A stretch of DNA of 44,830 nucleotides. Origin: Gammaproteobacteria bacterium. GTDB taxonomy: Bacteria; Pseudomonadota; Gammaproteobacteria; SZUA-21. The notes below the pieces were generated by a model. It worked only from the letters and a program-made list of their open reading frames with translations. It did no database searches and was not told where the DNA came from. The stretch covers positions 1-44,830 of the forward strand of contig JALUUZ010000258.1 of NCBI GenBank assembly GCA_027021095.1, in the 5' to 3' direction. Shown here piece after piece: positions 27,965-36,600 of the stretch (within the stretch, counting starts at the first letter, position 1; the number at the start of each line of letters is the position of its first letter). Made by a program: the position numbers and the translations under genes.

Positions 27965-28125
27965 AGTCGCTGTGAGACGGTGCAAGCAGGTGGCATGGGT
28001 GGCTTCCGTTCGGCGGCGAAAAGCAGGCACACCAGGCTGTCGCATGCAGCCATTGTTTTACGCTCACACACGCGGGCCACGCCAAGGCCGACCAGCGCGT
28101 GCCATCGTGCCGTTGCAGTAAGAGG
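27965..28125. repeat. Degenerate REP/MITE-like modules
   Basis: GTCGCTGTGAGACGGTGCAAGCAGGTGGCATGGGTGGCTTCCGTTCGG resembles the type-1 interior. CCAAGGCCGACCAGCGCGTGCCATCGTGCCGTTGCAGTAAGAGGGG resembles the 25691-25762 module. Confidence 0.55.
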
Positions 28126-28134
28126 GGAGGAGCG

Positions 28135-29676
28135 ATGCGGTCAGGCAGCCCCACCCAGTTGGTGCTTGGCGACAGGCAGGTCGTCGTATTACTGGTCTCG
28201 ATCATCTTTGTCGCGCTCTGCGGCATTGCCTATGAACTGATTATCGCGGCGGCGTCGACCTACCTGCTCGGTAACAGTGTCTACCAGTTTTCCTTGACCA
28301 TCGGTTTCTTTATGTTTGCGATGGGAATCGGTTCTTTTTTGTCGCGCCTGATCGTCGATGACCTGGTAAAAAGCTTTATCGTCATCGAAATCGTGATTTC
28401 CATCGCCGGGGGGGTGTGCAGCCTGACGCTGTTTATCGTCTACGCCTATGTCACGGTGCTGTATGTGCCGGTGATGTATTTTTTCATTATCCTGATCGGG
28501 ATACTGGTCGGGCTCGAGGCGCCGTTGCTGACACGGATACTCAGTCACAAGGAGATATTACGTAAGAGCATCTCCGATGTGCTGTCGCTGGATTATATCG
28601 GTGCGCTGATTGGTTCAGTGGCGTTCCCGCTGCTGCTGTTACCCTCTGTCGGCCTGATTCGTTCATCGTTCGTGATCGGGTTGATCAATATATTGACCGC
28701 CGTCGTCAACCTCTATTATTTCAAGACGCAGGTGCGCAGCACACGCTTGCTGACATGGATATCGGTGTGCGTGCTCGCCGCCCTGTCGGTGTTGACCGCG
28801 GTGGGTTCCAGGCTGAGCAGTTTTGCCGAGCAGCATCTGTACCAGGACCAGGTGATTTTTCGCAAGCAGACGCCTTACCAGAAGATCGTGGTGACACAGA
28901 ACAGTCTCGACAGCCGCTTCCGCATGTTTATCGACGGTCATATCCAGTTTTCCGAACGTGACGAGTACCGTTACCACGAAGCGCTGGTACATCCGGTGAT
29001 GGCGCTTGCCGGCAGGCGTGAACAGGTCCTGATTCTTGGCGGTGGAGATGGTCTGGCGGCACGCGAGGTCTTGAAGTACGCGGACGTCAGAAGTGTTACG
29101 ATCGTCGACATCGATCCGGAGGTGACCCGCTTTGCGGCAGGTTTCCCGGCCTTGCGCACACTGAACAAGGACGCCTTGCGCGACCCGCGGGTCAAGGTGG
29201 TCAACGCGGATGCGTTCAATTATCTGCAAAAAAGCAGGCAAAAGTACGATCGCGTGATCATCGATATGCCGGACCCGCACAACGAGGCGTTGAGCAAGCT
29301 CTATTCGCGTGAGTTCTACCGCCTGATCGCCAACCGCTTGAGTCCACAAGGGGCGTTGGTGACACAGAGTTCTTCACCGTTCTTTGCACGCAGAACCTAT
29401 TGGAGTATTGCCAGTACGATCGGCGCGGCCGGCTATCATACGTTCAGCTACCAGGTAACCATTCCTGCATTCGGGATCTGGGGCTTTCACCTGGGGCGTA
29501 AGATACCCGTATCGTTGACCGACATCAGGCTGACGGTGCCAACGCGGTTTTTGACCGGCGAGGTACTGGCTTCCGCCACAGTGTTCGGCAAGGATGTCTC
29601 ACGCATCGATTCGCCGGTCAATACCCTGCTCGAACCGGTGATTTACATGCTCTATGTAAACGATCTGCGAAACTGA
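28135..29676 (+). CDS. speE: Membrane-anchored polyamine aminopropyltransferase (spermidine synthase-like)
   Basis: N-terminal multi-TM domain plus a SpeE domain (VLILGGGDGLAAREVLKY, VTIVDIDPEV, VIIDMPDPHN). ATG at 28135 with GAGGGGAGGAG RBS. Confidence 0.85.
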   Translation: MRSGSPTQLVLGDRQVVVLLVSIIFVALCGIAYELIIAAASTYLLGNSVYQFSLTIGFFMFAMGIGSFLSRLIVDDLVKSFIVIEIVISIAGGVCSLTLFIVYAYVTVLYVPVMYFFIILIGILVGLEAPLLTRILSHKEILRKSISDVLSLDYIGALIGSVAFPLLLLPSVGLIRSSFVIGLINILTAVVNLYYFKTQVRSTRLLTWISVCVLAALSVLTAVGSRLSSFAEQHLYQDQVIFRKQTPYQKIVVTQNSLDSRFRMFIDGHIQFSERDEYRYHEALVHPVMALAGRREQVLILGGGDGLAAREVLKYADVRSVTIVDIDPEVTRFAAGFPALRTLNKDALRDPRVKVVNADAFNYLQKSRQKYDRVIIDMPDPHNEALSKLYSREFYRLIANRLSPQGALVTQSSSPFFARRTYWSIASTIGAAGYHTFSYQVTIPAFGIWGFHLGRKIPVSLTDIRLTVPTRFLTGEVLASATVFGKDVSRIDSPVNTLLEPVIYMLYVNDLRN

Positions 29677-29789
29677 GACTTGCCGTGCCTGCCGCCGGGG
29701 CTGCTGGTGGGCCCCGGCAGATTCACGCTTGCGTTCCAGGTTGTGATTCAATATATTTAGCTTTTCCGCTGACAACGACACTGATTCCA

Positions 29790-30602
29790 ATGGGGATAAA
29801 GACTGTTACCGACGGTTACCTGCGGCACGTGACCTTTCTCGCGCTTTGGCTGGCAGCAGGGTTTTGTCAGGCCGATTTCGAGGCCGGCGAAAAAGCGTTT
29901 CGAGAGGGGCTTTATGAAGTTGCGCTGAACAGGTTTCAGGAATCAGCGGCCGAAGGTTATCCACCGGCACAATATCACCTTGGTTTTATGTATGACAAGG
30001 GCCTGGGTGTGAAAAAAGACCACGCCGTTGCGGCGATCTGGTATACCCGGGCCGCGCAACAGGGATATGCCTATGCGCAGAATAATCTTGCCGAACTGTA
30101 CCGCCAGGGGCTGGGCGTCAAAAAGGATTTGCAGCAGGCGGCGAAATGGTACCGGGAGGCTGCGCGCCGAGGCATTCTGAACGCACAGTTTTCACTGGCG
30201 GAAATGTACCGCCGGGGCCAAGGGATAAAAAAGGATCTGCGCCTGGCGGAAAAGTGGCTGCTGAAGGCTGCCGAACGTGGTTACACCGATGCGCAGACAG
30301 AGCTCGGATTGATGTATTACCATGGAAAGGACGTCAAGCGGAACTATATCCAGGCCGCCAAGTGGTTCAAGCGTGCCGCCAACCAGGGACATGTCAAGGC
30401 TCAGCATATGCTGGGCCTGTTCTACATGCAGGGAATCGGCGGTCTCGGCAAGAACAGGATCCGCGCATTCGTCTGGTTGAGCCTTGCGGCCAGGCAGGAC
30501 CAACAATCCGGCGAGTACCTGCGTAAGCTCAGGCGCAGCCTGTCGGACAAAGAATTGTCGAAGGCCAATTCCATTCTTGCGCGCTATACAAAGCGGTTTT
30601 GA
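29790..30602 (+). CDS. Sel1-repeat (SLR/TPR-like) protein, secreted
   Basis: About six repeats of AQxxLGxMYxxGxGVKKDxxxAAKWYxxAA. N-terminal hydrophobic signal FLALWLAAGFCQA. ATG at 29790 chosen. Confidence 0.85.
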   Translation: MGIKTVTDGYLRHVTFLALWLAAGFCQADFEAGEKAFREGLYEVALNRFQESAAEGYPPAQYHLGFMYDKGLGVKKDHAVAAIWYTRAAQQGYAYAQNNLAELYRQGLGVKKDLQQAAKWYREAARRGILNAQFSLAEMYRRGQGIKKDLRLAEKWLLKAAERGYTDAQTELGLMYYHGKDVKRNYIQAAKWFKRAANQGHVKAQHMLGLFYMQGIGGLGKNRIRAFVWLSLAARQDQQSGEYLRKLRRSLSDKELSKANSILARYTKRF

Positions 30603-30736
30603 GCACCGCCTGTGCATTGTGCCCACCAACACGGCTTCGACTAAACACATTTCTTCCTTTCCCATATGCCGGGAATTTACATAAAGATAAGCTTCCCACC
30701 GGCCGACACACTGGTGTTGGCCTATTTTCTCAACGT

Positions 30737-30872
30737 TAGCCCGCATTTCTCACCACCGTTCGTCGCGAGACGGAGCAAGGGTGCGGCCTGGGTGGCTTTC
30801 GCGACCGAGGAGCGCGCAGGCAAGGTAGGGTGCGTTGTACGCACCGTAGAAGGGTGGTGAGAAGTCCAGGCT
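30737..30872 (+). repeat. Archetypal complete REP/MITE-like element (~135 bp) with terminal inverted repeats
   Basis: TAGCCCGCATTTCTCACCACC ... GGTGGTGAGAAGTCCAGGCT (16/20 complementary). Internal inverted repeat GTCGCGA/TCGCGAC. Core GTAGGGTGCGTTGTACGCACC at 30825-30845. Confidence 0.85.
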
Positions 30873-31022
30873 GCGCAACAGGCATTGGGCGGGATGATTA
30901 CCCTGCCGGTGCTGCGTGAATATAGGCACAGTAAAAATACTCATTACCATTCGTCGGCCACCTGCCACAGCTCGTTCCCCTGGTGCTGGAGCCTGGTAGT
31001 GATCGACACTATAACACTGGGT

Positions 31023-31589
31023 ATGCAGATGAAAGTACAAACCGGATTTACATTGACTGAATTACTGGTCGCAGTCGCGGTCTTTGCGATTACCGTGAGT
31101 TTCGCCGTACCGAATTTCCGCGAGTTCATCGCCAACAACAGGCTGGTGTCGACGACCAACGATTTTGTCTCGTCACTGTTGGTCGGCCGCAGCGAGGCCG
31201 CCAAGCGCAAGGTCACGGTCACAGTCTGTGGCAGTTCAGACGGGGCGAGCTGTAACACTTCGTCCTGGGAGAACGGCTGGATCGTGTTCACCGACATCGA
31301 CGGCGATGGCACGCTGGATTCGGGAACCGATGAAATGCTGCAGGTCAACAGTGCGGTCGGGAACAGTCTGACCATTCGCACTGTCGGATTCGCCCAGGCG
31401 GGACGCGTGCAGTACGGACCCAAGGGAACGATCGATTCGACAGGCAGCTTCAAACTCTGTGACTCGCGTGGAGCCAGCTATGCGCGCGCGATCAACATCA
31501 ACATCACCGGCCGTACGCGCCTGGCCACAGACGATGACTCCGACGGTATAGTCAACGATTATTCTGGAGGTAACCTGACATGTCCATAA
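31023..31589 (+). CDS. Type IV pilus minor pilin FimT/FimU (GspH-like)
   Basis: MQMKVQTG/FTLTELLVAVAVFAI prepilin motif. GspH-like body (NFREFIANNRL..., WENGWIVFTD). Start at 31023 or 31029. Confidence 0.8.
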   Translation: MQMKVQTGFTLTELLVAVAVFAITVSFAVPNFREFIANNRLVSTTNDFVSSLLVGRSEAAKRKVTVTVCGSSDGASCNTSSWENGWIVFTDIDGDGTLDSGTDEMLQVNSAVGNSLTIRTVGFAQAGRVQYGPKGTIDSTGSFKLCDSRGASYARAININITGRTRLATDDDSDGIVNDYSGGNLTCP

Positions 31590-32050
31590 GCTTAGCCAGG
31601 TACCAGCACGGCACCAGCCTGTTCGAGGTGCTGATTGCAGTACTGGTGCTGTCGATCGGGCTGCTCGGTGTCGCAAGCCTGCAGTTGTACGGATTACGCT
31701 ACAACCAGGGTGCCTACCTGCGTTCACAGGCGACGATGATCGCCTACGACATGGTGGACCGGATGCGCTCTAATCCGAACGGGGTCTCGGCAGGCTACTA
31801 TGACAATGTCAATACCGCGTCGCTGCCGACTGCACCGAATTGTATCAGCACCGGCTGTACCCCACAACAGTTGGCCGACCATGACATCAATGAATGGGGC
31901 AGTTACTTCTCCGGTACAACACCGATGTTGCCCGGCGCGACCGGTACTGTCACCAAGTCGGGCAGTATCTATACGATCACTATTTCGTGGACCGAGTTGT
32001 CGAAGACGGGTACGGTCAATCAGAACGTAGTTTACAACTTCGAGATATAG
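31580..32050 (+). CDS. pilV: Type IV pilus minor pilin PilV
   Basis: QHG/TSLFEVLIAVLVLSIGLLGVASLQ is typical of PilV. GGAGG RBS. Overlaps the fimT/U stop. Confidence 0.85.
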   Translation: MSISLARYQHGTSLFEVLIAVLVLSIGLLGVASLQLYGLRYNQGAYLRSQATMIAYDMVDRMRSNPNGVSAGYYDNVNTASLPTAPNCISTGCTPQQLADHDINEWGSYFSGTTPMLPGATGTVTKSGSIYTITISWTELSKTGTVNQNVVYNFEI

Positions 32051-32052
32051 CG

Positions 32053-33114
32053 ATGGCTTATTTATCTAAACACAGTCTGCCGCGGGCAAACAGACAGTCC
32101 GGTGTGACGCTGGTCGAGATCATGGTCGGTATCGTGATCAGCCTGATTCTGTTGAACGGTGTCATACAGATTTTTATCAGCAGCAAACAGACCTACCGGT
32201 TTGGTGAGGCGGTCTCGAGATTGCAGGAGAGTGGCCGTTTCGCGATGGAGCTGCTGACAGGTGATCTGCGCATGGCGGGCTACCAAGGCTGTGCCGACCT
32301 GGGGAGTATCCCGGCCAACGTGATTGCGAACAATCCGCCCGTGGTGAGTTTTTCCTCTGAAGTAGTCAAAGGCTGGGAGATCGATGCAACGATGGCGGCA
32401 ACGCCCAGTTCGCCTGCGCTGCCAACGGGCTTGACCAATATGATCTCCAACAGCGACGTGGTGTCGATACAGCATGCGTCCGATACGGGAGTCAAGCTGA
32501 CCGGCAACATGCTGGTCGATAATGCCAACATTCAGTTGCAACCGACGTCGCTGTTCAAGGCGAACGACGTGTTGTTCATTTCCGATTGTGAAACCGTCGA
32601 TGTGTTCCGTGCCAATAATGTGTCCAACAGCGGGACGATTACGACGATCGCTCATTCGAACTCGGTCAATACCACCAACAAGCTGAGCAAGCCGTACGGC
32701 ACAGATGCCAGCGTGTATGCCTTCGAGTCCAACGTCTACTATGTCGGTAATACCGGCAGGACCAATGGCTATGGAAACCCGATCATGGCCTTGTACAAGC
32801 GGGACGTCAATGGCGTAGTGACCGAGCTGGTCGAAGGTGTCGAGAATATCCAGGTGCTTTACGGCGAGCGTGCAGACAATGGAAATATGCGCTATGTCAA
32901 GGCAAATGATGCGACGTTGGACATGAACAAGGTGATCAGTGTGCGTATCGGCCTGTTGATCTCTTCCATACAGGAAGTCAACCGCGACGTAGACAACAAC
33001 ACCTATAACGTTGCCGGGACCACGATCGGGACCTCGGGGACGGTGACCCATCCTGCGGACAAGCGTATACGGCGTGTGTTCATCGCGACTGTCAGATTGA
33101 GAAACCGGAGATAG
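32053..33114 (+). CDS. pilW: Type IV pilus minor pilin PilW
   Basis: QSG/VTLVEIMVGIVISLILLNGV prepilin motif. 353 aa. ATG at 32053 lies immediately after the pilV stop. Confidence 0.85.
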   Translation: MAYLSKHSLPRANRQSGVTLVEIMVGIVISLILLNGVIQIFISSKQTYRFGEAVSRLQESGRFAMELLTGDLRMAGYQGCADLGSIPANVIANNPPVVSFSSEVVKGWEIDATMAATPSSPALPTGLTNMISNSDVVSIQHASDTGVKLTGNMLVDNANIQLQPTSLFKANDVLFISDCETVDVFRANNVSNSGTITTIAHSNSVNTTNKLSKPYGTDASVYAFESNVYYVGNTGRTNGYGNPIMALYKRDVNGVVTELVEGVENIQVLYGERADNGNMRYVKANDATLDMNKVISVRIGLLISSIQEVNRDVDNNTYNVAGTTIGTSGTVTHPADKRIRRVFIATVRLRNRR

Positions 33115-33117
33115 CCT

Positions 33118-33582
33118 ATGTGTCAGCCATTGAACAGACAAGTACCCAACAGGCAGGAAGGCACCGTGCTGGTCGTCGCGATGCTGATGCTGCTGGTGAT
33201 GACACTGATCGGTGTGACCACGATGCGCACCGCGACACTGGAAGAAAAGATGTCGGCGAACTCGATGAATACCAGTATCAGTCTGCAGGCCTCGGAAAGC
33301 GCCGTCGATGCCGCGCTGAAAGATACCAACAACCTGGTCACGGCGCTCAACTCGGGTACTGCCGTGACCATCAATGTCAACCTGGGGACCAGTACGGTGA
33401 CTGCCAAGGCGGACATTACCTATAAGGGAAACACGATCGCACCCGGATTTTCATTTGGTGCAAACCAGGGTACGTTTTCCACCTACCAGTTCGAGGCAAT
33501 GGGTACGGGCGAGGTGCCGGCCGCGAACGCCAAGGTGGTGACCGGCCACGGTGTCTACCGCGTCGGGCCGGGTGGCTCGTGA
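33118..33582 (+). CDS. pilX: Type IV pilus minor pilin PilX
   Basis: PilX_N-like EGTVLVVAMLMLLVMTLIGVTTMRTATLEEKMSAN and C-terminal ...GHGVYRVGPG. Confidence 0.8.
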   Translation: MCQPLNRQVPNRQEGTVLVVAMLMLLVMTLIGVTTMRTATLEEKMSANSMNTSISLQASESAVDAALKDTNNLVTALNSGTAVTINVNLGTSTVTAKADITYKGNTIAPGFSFGANQGTFSTYQFEAMGTGEVPAANAKVVTGHGVYRVGPGGS

Positions 33583-33650
33583 CGCCTGCCGCCGGCAGGC
33601 GGCAGTCCGACACGGTCAATTGATTCAAGCAAAACAGATCGAGGTGTGAG

Positions 33651-36600
33651 ATGAGTAGAACGGCAATGAGAAAAACCAAGGGTTTTCTGCTAGGGATTGT
33701 CTGTTCATTGATGGCGGGTATGCCGGCGTATGCCGATGATACCGAGATTTTCTTTGGCGGCACTAATGCCAACAGCGGCGTCAAGCCGAACCTGTTATTT
33801 ATTCTCGACACCTCGGGCTCGATGACCAGCAAGGACGGCGGCACCACGACCCGCCTCGACCGCATGAAAGACGCGCTCAAGAGTATTCTGACCAGCGTCA
33901 ACAATGTCAATGTCGGCCTGATGCGTTTCAGTTCGCCGGGTGGTCCTGTGCTGTACCCGGTGTCGTTTATCGACGAGGATGCCTGCAAGATCGAGAACTG
34001 TGCGACACCGACGATCCAGGTCAGTATTGCCAGCAGTGCCGATGACGCCGAGGAGAACTCCACCGGCGTGGTCGATCTTACCAGTAAAGACTTGGAATTG
34101 ATGGAAGACAAACAGTACGCTTATGCACCAGGCAGCGAGCAGACCATCGAAGTGTCGATCAACAAGTCGGAAAACGATGTCGAAGAGTATGCATCTGGTT
34201 CGATCGGAAAGTACAGCTCCGACCTCGAGGTGCTGTATGACTGGGTGGCGGACCAGACGGTCGGTTTGCGTTTCGAAAACCTGAACATTCCTGCCGGGGC
34301 GATCATCACCAATGCCGAATTGGAGATGCAGGTCGATGAGACAGGCTACGGCAAGGTGTCGGTGGAAATTTATGTCGAGGACAATGACAGTCCTGCCGCG
34401 TTTTCTTATTCGACCAACGATGTAAGCAATCGGCCGGTAGTGTCGGGGCTGAAAGTCAATTGGGATGAACTGCCGAACAAGGACGTCGGTTACAAGGTGC
34501 GCAGCCCAAACCTGAAGGACTTGATCCAGAACCTCGTCAACCGCGGGAGCTGGAGCGCGTCGTCGAAGACTGCGGTGCTGATCATCAAAAAGAAGGCCGG
34601 TACCGTGATCGATGTCAACAACCGCCGTGTCTTCGAGTCCTATGACGGTTCTTATGCGCCGAAGCTCAGGATTACCTATATCAGCGGAGCGACCAGCGGC
34701 AACTCCGCACAGCAGACAGTGGGGCTGCGGTTTCAGAACGTCAAGATCCCGCAGGGAGCAGTGATTACCGGCGCCTACCTGGAGTTTGAATCGGACCAGA
34801 CCAACAGCGAGGCGACCAATGTGACCGTGGTCGCGCAGAAGGTCGTCGACGCACCGGCGTTTACCAGCACCAACAATGATATCACCAACCGCCTGACGAC
34901 AGTGACGACTGCGGTGACCACGACGATGGCGCCATGGACCTTGCCGGACACCCGTTACCAGACCGCGGATATCAAGGCCGTGGTACAGGAGGTGGTCAAC
35001 CAGTCCGGCTGGTGTGGCGGCAACTCGATCGTGTTTATCGCCACCGGGACCGGGATCCGCAATGCCAAGTCCTATGATGGCTCGAGCGCCGGCGCGCCGA
35101 TTCTAAAAGTGACCTACGATACCAGCGGGCTGACGGCGGGACAGGGATGTATCGCCCAGACACTGACCACGCAGGTTTCGCAGGGCTCCGATGACGGTGA
35201 GGAACGTGCCACCAACGGCAGTATGAACCTGTCCAGCAGCGACCTGGAACTGGTCAAGGACGGCATCAACGACCAGATCATCGGGCTTCGTTTCCGTGGG
35301 CTGAAAATCCCGCAAGGGGCCACGGTACAGAGCGCGAGTTTGCAGTTCGAGATCGACGAGACGCCAAGCAGCCAAAATATCACGTTGAATATCTATGGCC
35401 AGGCGCATGATGATGCGCCGCCGTTTACCGTGTCGAGCGGGGACATCAGCGGCAGGACCAAGACCAGTGCGTCAGTGACCTGGGCCATTACCGTGACCCC
35501 GGGCGTCAACCAGAAACTGGATTCCCCGGACATTACGGCGATCATCCAGGAGATAGTCAACCGGCCTGGCTGGGCGTCGGGGAACGACCTGGTGATCATC
35601 ATCGAACGCCAGTCGGGTGGTGGCAAACGCGTGGTCGAATCCTATGACGGCGAGCCGAGTGCCGCGGCGAAGCTGACGATCAACGCCAAGTGGAATGCCG
35701 GTGACACCACGCAGGGTCCGCTGGTGACCGTACGCAGCCGGTTGATCGAGACCGTTGATGCGATGCAGTACAAGGGCAGTACACCGATCGTCGGTGCATT
35801 GTACGAGGCAGCGTTGTATTTTCAAGGTCTTCCGGTAGATCACGGAACACACCGCGGTACCCCGGGCCACAGCCGGCGCGAATATACCCGGGTGTCGCAT
35901 CCCGGTACCTATACCGGCGGTACGGTAGTACGTGATCCGGGTTGTACCGATGAAGACCTGAACAACGTGGCCTGCAGAACCGAGGTGATCAACGGCAACC
36001 CGGTGTATAAATCGCCGATCACTGCGTCGTGTCAGCAGAACTATATCATCCTGTTGTCGGACGGTTCCCCGACCTATAACCAGTCTGAGGCCAAAATCAA
36101 GGCAATGACGGGAATCACCAGTTGTGCCGACAGTTGGTCCGCCGCTTGTGGACCGGAATTCACCAAGTGGATGTTCGAAAATGACCTGAGCACTACCTTG
36201 CCGGACAAGCAGAATATCGTGACCTACACGATCGGGTTCAATTTTACCGGTTCGTGGCTGCAGAAGCTCGCTACCGATGGGGGCGGCCAGTATTATACGG
36301 CCAGCAGTGCAGCGGACCTGACCAATGTATTCAACAATATCATTGCCAGTATTCTGAAGGTGGATACGACCTTCGTCTCTCCGGGTGCCGCGGTCAACCA
36401 GTTTAACCGCCTGACGCATCGCGACGAGATCTACTTCTCGCTGTTCAAGCCGGACGATCAGCCTTACTGGGCAGGCAACCTGAAGCGCTACAAGGTCGAC
36501 GGTTCACCGGCGATCGTACAGGATGCAAACAGCGTGGCGGCGGTCGACCCGGTCACCGGCTTTTTCAAGGACGCGGCCAAGAGCTTCTGGTCATCCATCG

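Noticed and set aside
30873-31022. Sigma54 (-24 GG / -12 GC) promoter upstream of fimT/U
   Set aside because: GGCACAGTAAAAATAC has the GG element but no properly spaced TGC element. There is no convincing RpoN promoter.
32062-33141. 359-aa minus-strand ORF antisense to pilW; likewise 35472-36419 (-) inside pilY1, 39928-40923 (+) inside the GGDEF-EAL gene and 22592-23695 (+) inside the orphan pilin genes
   Set aside because: The sense frames have prepilin, vWA or GGDEF motifs and operon-consistent starts. The antisense frames are compositionally biased.
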